Positions 1-8,626 of a stretch of 64,000 bases of DNA are shown piece after piece; the stretch's first letter is position 1, and every line of letters begins with the position of its first letter. This stretch comes from Andalucia godoyi And28. Lineage: Eukaryota > Protista > Jakobida. A program made the translations under genes and the position numbers. The stretch lies in assembly GCA_009859145.1 (NCBI GenBank), contig VRVR01000009.1:124001-188000 (forward strand). Direction: 5' to 3'. The notes below the pieces were generated by a model. It was given only the letters and a program-made list of their open reading frames with translations. It searched no databases and was not told the origin of the DNA.

Positions 1-1726
1 GCTCCACTTCATCATCCTCGTCGTCGTCATTGTCAGCACTGCGTCGATTTGGAACAGAGACAGGACGAGTTCTCGACGCTGCTGACGGTGTCACAGCGGC
101 CGGCGTGGGCTCCGAGAAAGAATGGCTGTTCCCGTTGGACTTTGGATACGGGGTTCGAGACGGCGTCGCAGCCAAAGGGTTAATCTTTGTCGGGCTCTTT
201 GTTGGAGTCTTTGGTGGGCTCCTGTCAAAGCGTGTGCTGGAAGATGGCGTCTTCAATGGAGGAAGTCTTGTGGGCTTGACAGCTTCGGCTTGGGAATCGC
301 CGAGAGACTGAACCGCTGTCGGAGTCTTGGCGCGGGGTGATGAGGAACTGGCATCCACAGAAGCTCGAGTGATTGATGTCGCCGATCCACTTCGTTCAAG
401 AGATGCCCTCGGTGTCCGCGGAGAAGACGACAAGCCGTCCAGCTTTCTGTTCGACGAAGAATGCTGCACAGGGATTGCAAACAGAGATTTCGGAACCTGT
501 CCCTTTGCTGCGGCTCGCGTCTGTCCACTTTTCTCTGCGATGCTGCCCTTCGCACCACTTCTTGTCTCGTTTTCCTCGTCGCGATCGTCATCATTCTTCT
601 TCGCAACGGACACAGAAGCGCGGTAGGAAATGAATCCGAGGATTCCGTATATGAAGAGACCAACGACGAGAGCAAGATATTGGAACCACGTCACAGTCAG
701 TCCCATGACACCAACGCAAAAGAAGAATCCTCCGGCCAGCTCAAACTGCAGACTGACGGTTCTCAGCCACTTATTTCTGGAAAACACAGCATCCAAAGGA
801 GGTCTAATCACAAACAACAAGAATAATACGCCAACACTCACGTAGACATCATAATTCAAATCAACTGGAATCGGTTCCTGCTGGAAATATCTTGCGAACC
901 ATGCGGCCGGAGCAAGCCCGATCCATTCGAGCAGGAGAGCATTTCTGACAGTTGTTGCAACATTTGTATTTGGTCCTGAAACAAGATTTGAGACGTGCAG
1001 TCTTGTTACGTGCACAAGTCTTGCAGCACATCCACACACGATTCCGTCCGTGGAAATCGAGAGAAATTCTCCGGATCCCGAGTACCAGAACAGGACAACA
1101 CATCCCACAGAGAGCACGGACAAGCACGAGTATCTATTGATCCATCTCGACGGATCTCTGTTTTCAGGATTCTTTGAAAATAACGTTGACACAACGAGAG
1201 ACAAGAATGGATCGAGCAGAAGCAGCACAATGACCCGCAGTGCATCGAGCTTCCACAGAGCCCACGCTGAAAGAAGAACTTCTGCGGCAGCGAACAGAAC
1301 AATCAGCAGCCTGGAAAAAAGGAGTGTTGAAGGAACAGCCGTGGACTGCGATGTAGAAAACAAGTAGAGGTACGAAACGAGCGACAAAAGTCCCGTAGAC
1401 CAAGTAACGGCCCAGAAAGGCTCCAGCGAAGACCCATACACCGGAGATATCGAATATGCCAGCGCAGCAAGCCTTAGTCCATCCATACCGAAACCTGCCA
1501 AGATGCGAAGCACTCGCCTTCTACTACTATTGCTATTACTACTACCGTTGCTGCTGCTAAAACTATGAATCAGAAGTTCCGACCAAAAACATGGACGAGT
1601 GATGCCGACAAAGAGTTCAACGAAAATCCTCTTTTCCGAATCAAAATTCGTCGATAACGGGAAATGGAAAGATGATTTCGCAACCGCTGGAAGAAAAGAA
1701 AAGGTAAGCAGCATCAATTGATCCAT
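1..1726 (-). CDS. Multi-pass membrane protein with low-complexity S/P/T-rich C-terminal tail (3' end runs off the window); possibly a transporter
   Basis: Manual translation of the minus strand from ATG at 1726 (MDQLMLLTFSFLPAVAKSS...) gives several hydrophobic segments (e.g. FELAGGFFFCVGVMGLTVTWFQYLALVVGLFIYGILGFISY) and no stop was seen towards position 1. It is probably absent from the ORF track because no stop lies in the window. Confidence 0.7.
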   Translation of the reverse strand, partial: MDQLMLLTFSFLPAVAKSSFHFPLSTNFDSEKRIFVELFVGITRPCFWSELLIHSFSSSNGSSNSNSSRRRVLRILAGFGMDGLRLAALAYSISPVYGSSLEPFWAVTWSTGLLSLVSYLYLFSTSQSTAVPSTLLFSRLLIVLFAAAEVLLSAWALWKLDALRVIVLLLLDPFLSLVVSTLFSKNPENRDPSRWINRYSCLSVLSVGCVVLFWYSGSGEFLSISTDGIVCGCAARLVHVTRLHVSNLVSGPNTNVATTVRNALLLEWIGLAPAAWFARYFQQEPIPVDLNYDVYVSVGVLFLLFVIRPPLDAVFSRNKWLRTVSLQFELAGGFFFCVGVMGLTVTWFQYLALVVGLFIYGILGFISYRASVSVAKKNDDDRDEENETRSGAKGSIAEKSGQTRAAAKGQVPKSLFAIPVQHSSSNRKLDGLSSSPRTPRASLERSGSATSITRASVDASSSSPRAKTPTAVQSLGDSQAEAVKPTRLPPLKTPSSSTRFDRSPPKTPTKSPTKINPLAATPSRTPYPKSNGNSHSFSEPTPAAVTPSAASRTRPVSVPNRRSADNDDDEDDEVE

Positions 1727-1847
1727 GGGGAAACGTGCTTTCTGAAATGCGAGGCACTGCTTCACACATTTAGGTGTTTGGGTTTGCTTTTTGTGTTTTG
1801 TTTGGCTTCGTTATGGGTGTTGCTGCGCAGGGAAGACGTGGAGAAAA

Positions 1848-2900
1848 ATGAGCTCATCGGTACCCAAAGAGTCCAATTCGGAATTCTCGCTTATTGACTC
1901 CAACGATGCGGATTTCAAGCGACTGGAGCAACTTTCTCGGCGGTTAGTTGAAGAAGACTTTAGTCTTTCCAATTTCCTTTCGTCCTCCAGCACGAATAAT
2001 AATAATAATGGTAGCGGTGGAAACAGTAATCGCGGAGAATCGATTGAGCAGGTAGAAGCGTCACTGCTTGAAGACTTTCGAGCGTTGGCGGAATCGCAGT
2101 CCACGGCTGTTCCAAAGAGCCGAGTCCGATCCTTGTATCTCGAGCTTTTGAAGTTTGGTGATGCTTTGCTGAACGACCGGTCGACTGTTGATGCATTCTT
2201 GGGGCGGCTGTCTCCTGCAGACCTTGATGCACTGCTGAATGTCATGCAGAAGGATCCCCAGGATATCGTCTCCTTTTTTGACGGCGACGCACAAATTGTG
2301 GACCAGATGCGGAAGGCAAAGTTGTTTCGGTTCGATGCACAGTCGAGGCTTTTGAGCATGCAGAATGCCGACAGTGGGAAAAGCGACTGGGAGTCAATCG
2401 AGAGAGAGATGATGCAGGTGATTTCCAAGAGGGTGCCTGGAGCGGAAAATCGCTCGGAAAGTGTGAGAAAAGCAATCGAGGTGTTCGAGGCCAACATGAT
2501 GCTTTATGCGCAGGACCCAGAGCAGCTTATCCGACTTGCAAATTCGCTTCCAACTCCAGCGGAACAGAATGAATTTCTGGACATTCTTTTTGCAGAGTAT
2601 ACTCCGGATAAGATTCAAAAGCGAATTGCAACCACTTCTGCAAGCACAGCTGCTGCGGCGGCGTCGTCGTCGTCGTCTTCTGCCTCTGGGGCTCCGGGAT
2701 CCGAGTCTGCTGCAATGAGTGTGAATCATCGATTAGTGGCGTTTGTATTTAGAGAACTCCTTACGCATCTCAAGGCATTCAAAACGAATCCGCGCAAGTT
2801 TGATCCACTGCTTGCAAGGCTTAATATTGCCGAACGGGCACAAGTGGATGCTCTGCTGGAAGCATTTTGGGACGTACCCAAAGATTCTCTTAAAATGTAA
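1848..2900 (+). CDS. Hypothetical alpha-helical protein (~350 aa)
   Basis: Long ORF with ATG at 1848 (MSSSVPKESNS...), protein-like composition with poly-N and poly-S tracts; no family recognised. Confidence 0.75.
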   Translation: MSSSVPKESNSEFSLIDSNDADFKRLEQLSRRLVEEDFSLSNFLSSSSTNNNNNGSGGNSNRGESIEQVEASLLEDFRALAESQSTAVPKSRVRSLYLELLKFGDALLNDRSTVDAFLGRLSPADLDALLNVMQKDPQDIVSFFDGDAQIVDQMRKAKLFRFDAQSRLLSMQNADSGKSDWESIEREMMQVISKRVPGAENRSESVRKAIEVFEANMMLYAQDPEQLIRLANSLPTPAEQNEFLDILFAEYTPDKIQKRIATTSASTAAAAASSSSSSASGAPGSESAAMSVNHRLVAFVFRELLTHLKAFKTNPRKFDPLLARLNIAERAQVDALLEAFWDVPKDSLKM

Positions 2901-3087
2901 ATTAGTATGATACAGTAGCTGGGAAGTGATGCTAATTGATGGTCGTTCACACCGCGCGCAACATCTATTTATCTGTAGGTTCTTCGAGAGGGAGGGATGG
3001 GGGAGTGGAAAGGAAGAAATCAAACTTAAAATCCAAGCGAAAAAGAATGTACAAGTAATCACGGAAGCCCCAAGCAGCAGAGGGATG

Positions 3088-3750
3088 CTACTTGCTTTTT
3101 GGAAGACGCCCCGCGCGCTCCTTGCTTTCGTCGACGAGTCTGTACGCAGGCAAGAACGAATCTTGAGTATCATCTGGAATCCGCAAATCCTCGTTTGGTC
3201 TTGTGTCGTCAACTCGTCCAATTGACGTGTACCCCTGGTCATAAAGAACACAATACGGCCGCACAGGCTCGTTATCCGGTCTCAGATACTTCCAGACCTG
3301 AGCATACGACCATTGCAAAATTGGGTTAATGCGCACCATGTCTGGCCACCCGTGATCAACATCCGTCCGCGTGAATGCCGACAGATGGGCGCAGTAAGGA
3401 TCCGTGGACCGCGAACCAACGAAAACACCGCACGTGCCATGCTCCTGCTTCAGTTTGAACAATGCCTGCTTGAGAGACATGCCCGAGTACACATCCACGC
3501 AAAGTCCATGAGATCTCGCTGTCTTTGCCACAAAATCGTCAATCTCCGGAAAGCTCGGTTCTTCAATCAGATAGAAAAAGACAACTGAGCAAGGCGCGAT
3601 ATTGCGCTCTTTCAAAACATCTAGAAAAAGAAACAACAGGACTGTCGAATCCTTGCCGCCGTTGAACGAAAACGCAAGCTGTGAAACTGGAAACTTGTCC
3701 AGCGCTTCTCGGATCACCGACTTTGCATCAGAGACAAAATCTAGACTCAT
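3088..3750 (-). CDS. FAD1: FAD synthase (FMN adenylyltransferase, PAPS-reductase family)
   Basis: Motifs AFSFNGGKDSTVLL, GSRSTDP, RINPILQWSY and LYDQGYTSIG. Confidence 0.92.
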   Translation of the reverse strand: MSLDFVSDAKSVIREALDKFPVSQLAFSFNGGKDSTVLLFLFLDVLKERNIAPCSVVFFYLIEEPSFPEIDDFVAKTARSHGLCVDVYSGMSLKQALFKLKQEHGTCGVFVGSRSTDPYCAHLSAFTRTDVDHGWPDMVRINPILQWSYAQVWKYLRPDNEPVRPYCVLYDQGYTSIGRVDDTRPNEDLRIPDDTQDSFLPAYRLVDESKERAGRLPKSK

Positions 3751-4353
3751 TCAACAGCACCCTTCCTGTTCGTTTGTCTGTTTGTTTGTTTGTTTGTTAT
3801 TGTTGTTGTTTTTTTGGTATCCTACTCGTCTCCGGCCTTGCAAAAAAGGGACACGCGTCAAGGCTTCCCAGGCTCCAGACTCGTACTCTTTCCAAGTCAC
3901 CCGAGAGGCCGACACTCGAGACAAACCAAAATAGCCATTCAACCACAATATGTCAAACTCTCGCTGTCGGGAATTCGGATGTAAGTGGCTTCTCATTCAA
4001 AAAAGATTCAGTAGTCTCAAGTGATGCTGGATTGTCAGAGGTTTGCGGCTATCGATCGAAAATGAGAAAGGGGGATTCGGCTCATTTCGACTCGATGAAA
4101 CCTCGAGCAAAAAACACGTGAAAACGCCCCGTTTTGTGTGTGTGTGCTTCCTTTTGGATTTCTGTACAAGTATTTCTGGTTTTTTTTTTTTTCTCTTTCT
4201 CGCAAGCTTCTTCTTCCTTTACGACTCTCCTCTTTTTGCAGCACATACATAGAGGGTGGGGCAGCACACACTTTTTTTTCTCTTAATCGCATTTCATTTT
4301 CAACGAACAGCAAGAGAGAGCGCGCCCGATACACCCCTTCACAACTAGCCACC

Positions 4354-5004
4354 ATGTCGTTCTTGTTTGGGAGGAAAAAGTCACCGAAAGAAGTTCTTCG
4401 TGAGAACAAGCGTTTGATTGACAAGTCTGTCCGAGAGTTGGAACGCGAAAGAATGAATCTACAACGCCAGGAACAGCGGTTGATTGGCGAAATTAAAAAG
4501 GCTGCGAAACAAAATCAGATGGGTGCGGTTGGAGTCATGGCAAAAGACCTTGTTCGAACCCGCAACCAAATTACAAAGTTTTATCGCATGAAGGCCCAAA
4601 TGCAGGCTGTCGCACTTCAGATCCAGTCACTTTCTTCTACGCAACAGATGGCCCAAGCCATGCACTCGGTTACCGGTGCGCTTTCGCAGATGAACAAACA
4701 AGTCAATATGGCTTCGATCCAGAAGATCATGATGGAGTTTGAGAAGCAAAACGAAATGATGGATATGAAGGACGAGATGATGAACGATGCGATTGACGAT
4801 GCGGTTGGCGATGCGGACGACGAAGAGGAAACGGAGGCCGTCGTGTCGCAGATTCTGGATGAAATTGGACTGGATACATCAAAGAACTTGTCGAGTGTGT
4901 CGTCTGCGAAGCTTGGTCAGAAGCAGCAAACGAGCGAGAAGGAGGAAGAGGAAGACACGGGATTGAACGACAGGCTCCAGAAACTTCGATCCGGAAAGTC
5001 ATAA
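4354..5004 (+). CDS. CHMP2A: ESCRT-III subunit Vps2/CHMP2
   Basis: MSFLFGRKKSPKEVLRENKRLIDKSVRELERER..., MAKDLVRTR and C-terminal MIM LNDRLQKLR. Confidence 0.95.
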   Translation: MSFLFGRKKSPKEVLRENKRLIDKSVRELERERMNLQRQEQRLIGEIKKAAKQNQMGAVGVMAKDLVRTRNQITKFYRMKAQMQAVALQIQSLSSTQQMAQAMHSVTGALSQMNKQVNMASIQKIMMEFEKQNEMMDMKDEMMNDAIDDAVGDADDEEETEAVVSQILDEIGLDTSKNLSSVSSAKLGQKQQTSEKEEEEDTGLNDRLQKLRSGKS

Positions 5005-5254
5005 CGCGTACTGATTTCCGTCCAGGACAGCTTATCTACTACCAATCTATTTCAATTCCTTTCCGCGTTTGTTTCCCCTCGCACCTTTCTTTCTTTCACA
5101 CACACACACACACACGCATCTCCGCCCGCTTTTTCTGTTTGACTGTCTGTTACTAATGCATGTAAAGAAGTCTCTAGCCAGTTTCCATTGCTTTTCTGAT
5201 CAGGAACACGCTTTGCAAGGCACGTAGGTACGACAAGAAGAAAAGAAAAGAAAA

Positions 5255-6379
5255 TTAATAGACTTTATTGAGCCTAGTGACGATGCCCACGCGGATGCAC
5301 TGATCAAACGCACCAAAAACACAGAGTCCTTCCTTGTCACGGGACCAGTCGAAGCAGTGCACGGGCTGCGTTCCGATGGACACGTTCTGAAGTCTCTTGC
5401 AGGTTCCGGCAACTCCCATGCTCAGTCCATTCTCGTCCTTCTTGGATCGCTCGGCCGGATATGAATAGTTCCACAAGGAGAGACCCCCTGATCCACCACA
5501 TGACATCCACACATCTCTGTTCTGGGGAAGATGCCGTACGCACCAAATCGTCGAATCTCCGTGTCCCGTCTCTGTGCCCTTCACCGCCACGGACGCATAG
5601 CCTCGATCCGGATGCAACGTGCGCAAGTCAAAGACCCGCATGTGTCCCGACAGCCCAGAGACCACCATCTTATTCATTGCAATGCTTTGCCGATCAAACT
5701 CGATTCCACAAACGCCAACTCCAATATTTGACTCCCACCGCAATGCATTCATCCGCAGATCAAAGAGTTTAATGTCGCCGTTATCATAACCAGCAGCCAC
5801 GCAACGATCTTCTCCACTAACACCGTTTCCAAATGCCACTGCCCAGCAATCTCGAACTGCAGAAGCACCGCTCGAGCTGCTGGAACTGCTCTGTGTATCG
5901 CTTGGAACTAGAGAAGCAACTGGTCGGTCGGGTTGACGGGGATCAAACACTCGGACACATCCATCGCGTGAGCCAGTAACAAATTCCGGGGCGCCTGGAT
6001 TCGACATTCCGTCGATAGAGTTCACAATCGACGGAGCCGCACGCACGGAATAGATCGGATAATCAATTCGCTCTAAATCCCATTGCATGGCCCAGCCATC
6101 AAAGTCACCCGTTGTCAGAATTCTGCCAGCAGATCCAGGCGCCGAAGAAGAAGTGCCAAAGGTTCCACACTTGAATCCGGCCTTCTTTTCCGCCTCCAGA
6201 TCAAGTGTGAGCTGGCCGTGCGAAAGAGAATATACTTGCAACGCACCGGTGCCTCGTGCATACTGACCAAGAGCTACAAACCGAGCAGAGGAAGGAATCC
6301 ATCGAGTATCAAACACAGTCCATGCAATCGACTTGTTGATATGCTCAAGAATCTGAGGTTTTTCCGTTACAGTGGCCAT
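5255..6379 (-). CDS. WDR92: WD repeat protein 92 (dynein axonemal assembly factor 10)
   Basis: N-terminus KPQILEHINKS..VFDTRWIPSSARFVALG..RGTG; AGYDNGDIKLFDLR; C-terminus FDQCIRVGIVTRLN. Confidence 0.93.
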   Translation of the reverse strand: MATVTEKPQILEHINKSIAWTVFDTRWIPSSARFVALGQYARGTGALQVYSLSHGQLTLDLEAEKKAGFKCGTFGTSSSAPGSAGRILTTGDFDGWAMQWDLERIDYPIYSVRAAPSIVNSIDGMSNPGAPEFVTGSRDGCVRVFDPRQPDRPVASLVPSDTQSSSSSSSGASAVRDCWAVAFGNGVSGEDRCVAAGYDNGDIKLFDLRMNALRWESNIGVGVCGIEFDRQSIAMNKMVVSGLSGHMRVFDLRTLHPDRGYASVAVKGTETGHGDSTIWCVRHLPQNRDVWMSCGGSGGLSLWNYSYPAERSKKDENGLSMGVAGTCKRLQNVSIGTQPVHCFDWSRDKEGLCVFGAFDQCIRVGIVTRLNKVY

Positions 6380-6718
6380 CTAATAGGTGTGCTGTGTATG
6401 TTTCAACTTTCTGCTCTGTCCAAGCCAGAGAAAATAACAATCATAATCATAATAAGAGCAACGATAAGAAGGAAGCACAAAATAGTCAGCCACGGAGATC
6501 ATTCCCAACTTGAAAGAATTGCGGGTTGGTGGTGTACAGCAGGGAACGACGATACCCGCATAAAGACGAAGTTCAAGGCTTGAGACTTGAGGCTACGGTT
6601 GAATCGCACCCGATAAAAAGTCCGACCATCACCTCGGTCATGAAGGGAACGCTTTTTTTGTGGACCGTGGACTGTGTGGACTGTGGAGTGCGGACTGGGT
6701 GGGAATACGGGAACAAGC

Positions 6719-7261
6719 ATGCCTCCAAAACTTGCAGAAGTGCAGGTGACTGTCGATACTGCAGCTGAATTCGACTCTTTCATCCTGAATTCGCCTTTTG
6801 TGATTGCGGAGTTGTATTCTTCGTGGAGCGGATCGTGCAAGTCTGTGGTTCCAACGTTTCGCAAATGGGCTTCGGATAACGACGATGTCTCAATCACGTT
6901 TCTGACTGTTGATTCACAAAAGGTGTATGATGAAGCCTCCAAAAGGCTTGATCGGAATCCTCAGGAAAAATTTGCAGCACAGTGGCCAAAACATGCACTG
7001 AAGTACAAGGGCCGGTCCATGCCAGTGTTTCTCTTTTTTGTCAAGGGCACGCTCAAGGATTCCATCGAGTTGGTGGATATTCCCAAGCTCAACAAAACTT
7101 TCGAGTCGCTTGTCAAGGAATTCAAAGTTGCAAATCCACAAGCTGTCCAAAAGACAAGCCCCGTCAAACAACCAGGACAGAAGCTGGAAGAGGAACCGGA
7201 ACTACAGCAACCGCAGCAGCAGCAACCAGAGCAACAGGAACTTCATCAACAAGCAGAATGA
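6719..7261 (+). CDS. Thioredoxin-like protein of the NME8/NME9 (dynein light chain) type, with a non-canonical active site
   Basis: MPPKLAEVQVTVDTAAEFDSFI...VIAELYSSWSGSCKSVVPTFRK resembles the NME8/9 thioredoxin domain; WSGSC replaces WCGPC; Q/E/P-rich tail. Confidence 0.7.
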   Translation: MPPKLAEVQVTVDTAAEFDSFILNSPFVIAELYSSWSGSCKSVVPTFRKWASDNDDVSITFLTVDSQKVYDEASKRLDRNPQEKFAAQWPKHALKYKGRSMPVFLFFVKGTLKDSIELVDIPKLNKTFESLVKEFKVANPQAVQKTSPVKQPGQKLEEEPELQQPQQQQPEQQELHQQAE

Positions 7262-7361
7262 CCGAAATATGTAACATAAATTAACATTTTGCACATTGGT
7301 CTTCTTGCGCCCCCACCCCCCCCTCCCCTCCCGTTCCCTTTTTTTTTTCTCTTTTCATTTT

Positions 7362-7856
7362 TTACGCAATCGACAGATCGTCGTTGAAATACACAAAGAG
7401 CTTTGGAACATGTCCAATGTCCCAATCTTCACCAAATGTCTGGTCATAAGGAATTCCATTTGCTTCCAAGCTCTTCGTCATGTCAAGCACCTTTCCGAGA
7501 AACTTGAAGGTGTAAGAATGGCCATGAGCATTGTGTGGAATGTACCGCAAAAGAATGTCGTGTAGCGTATCTTCTTCAGCACACGCAATCCGAACGCATT
7601 GCTTTGAGAGAGTGTTGAAAAGCTCAATATGTCGTTCACGAAGAGTAACGCACCCAACTTGCATGCTCGTCCACGCAGAGTCAAAGGGTATGTCGCGAGT
7701 CACGTCTTGACCGGCGAGTCGAAGCACAGTGGAGTTTACTGCGGAGGGATGAGACTCGTACCACGATGTCAAATCATAGACTTTTCCACTGTGAATTACC
7801 CATAGATCACTCTCCAGGCGATGTTGTGAAACATCTTGAAGCAGGAAATACCTCAT
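7362..7856 (-). CDS. CYB5D1: Cytochrome b5 domain-containing protein 1
   Basis: b5-like N-terminus (DVSQHRLESDLWVIHSGKVYDLT), HNAHGHSYTFKFLGKVLDMTKSLEANGI and C-terminal YFNDDLSIA; ATG at 7856. Confidence 0.88.
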   Translation of the reverse strand: MRYFLLQDVSQHRLESDLWVIHSGKVYDLTSWYESHPSAVNSTVLRLAGQDVTRDIPFDSAWTSMQVGCVTLRERHIELFNTLSKQCVRIACAEEDTLHDILLRYIPHNAHGHSYTFKFLGKVLDMTKSLEANGIPYDQTFGEDWDIGHVPKLFVYFNDDLSIA

Positions 7857-7935
7857 GTTCTTGATTTGCGACCAGCCAGTAAAATCAACAACAGGGCTGC
7901 AGATCTTGGAAAACACGCGAGGAAATGCTCGTTAG

Positions 7936-8334
7936 AAACGGTTGACCGTTTTGCATATGAACATCAAACAACATCATACCGGAAGTTTGCATGTTTCAGC
8001 TAACCCGATATGGGGACGCGATGTGTTCCTACCGTAGTCAGGTCCAGAATGTCTTTTCGTTCTTCATTCTCTTCTTCTTCTTTCTGTTATTTTCTGTTTG
8101 CTCGTGTTTTACTATCGAACCCTCAAGCAGACAAAACGCCTCATGGCTCCAAAGAGGGATCTTCCCAGCAAACTCAAACCGGCCATGCCTGAAGACACCG
8201 AGAACCAAGGAACTCGTGGTTGCGATGACCCTTTGATGCAGAGCAATCTGCATTGAAGAGTTGGTGCTCGTCCCCAAATTGGATCTGTCGCTTAGCCGAT
8301 GATGATCCATAATGATTCATGTTTTGGCGAGCGG
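7936..8334 (+). repeat. Dispersed repeat family, copy A
   Basis: Shares ordered blocks ACGGTTGACCGTTTT, CATCAAACAACATCATACCGGA, ATGGGGACGCG..CGTAG..GTCCAGAAT, TCATGGCTCCAAAG..CTTCCC..GAGAACCAAG and GCGATGACCCTTTGATGCAGAGCAATCTGCATTGAAGAG with copies at 17991-18454 and 31442-32058. Confidence 0.9.
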
Positions 8335-8626
8335 ATCGAAGTCATTCAACGTCCGTTCCACAAGTCTACAACAGGCACTTGAAATTATTGAAGTGTCTGT
8401 TGTCGCCATGGTTGAGAGTTCGCAGCTCGAACTCACTTCGTCAGAAGAGGGAGTGGTGGCGAGATAGGTACGTTTAATTTAACGGTGAACAACAGCATGA
8501 GAACCGAAAGATGATTGTCATCGAAAAGGAAAAAAGAAAAGCGAGTGCATCACAAAAAAAAAGCCCAAAAAAAAAACCTGCGAGACCTCGTCCTCAACGT
8601 GCTTTTCTTGGGGCACCACAAAGAAT

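Noticed and set aside
8231-8270. Dispersed-repeat core as a TPP riboswitch, SECIS or HDV/hammerhead ribozyme
   Set aside because: CCCTTTGA is the only TPP-like piece; CTGAGA, ACCTGA, the SECIS quartet/AAR loop and the ribozyme cores are missing.
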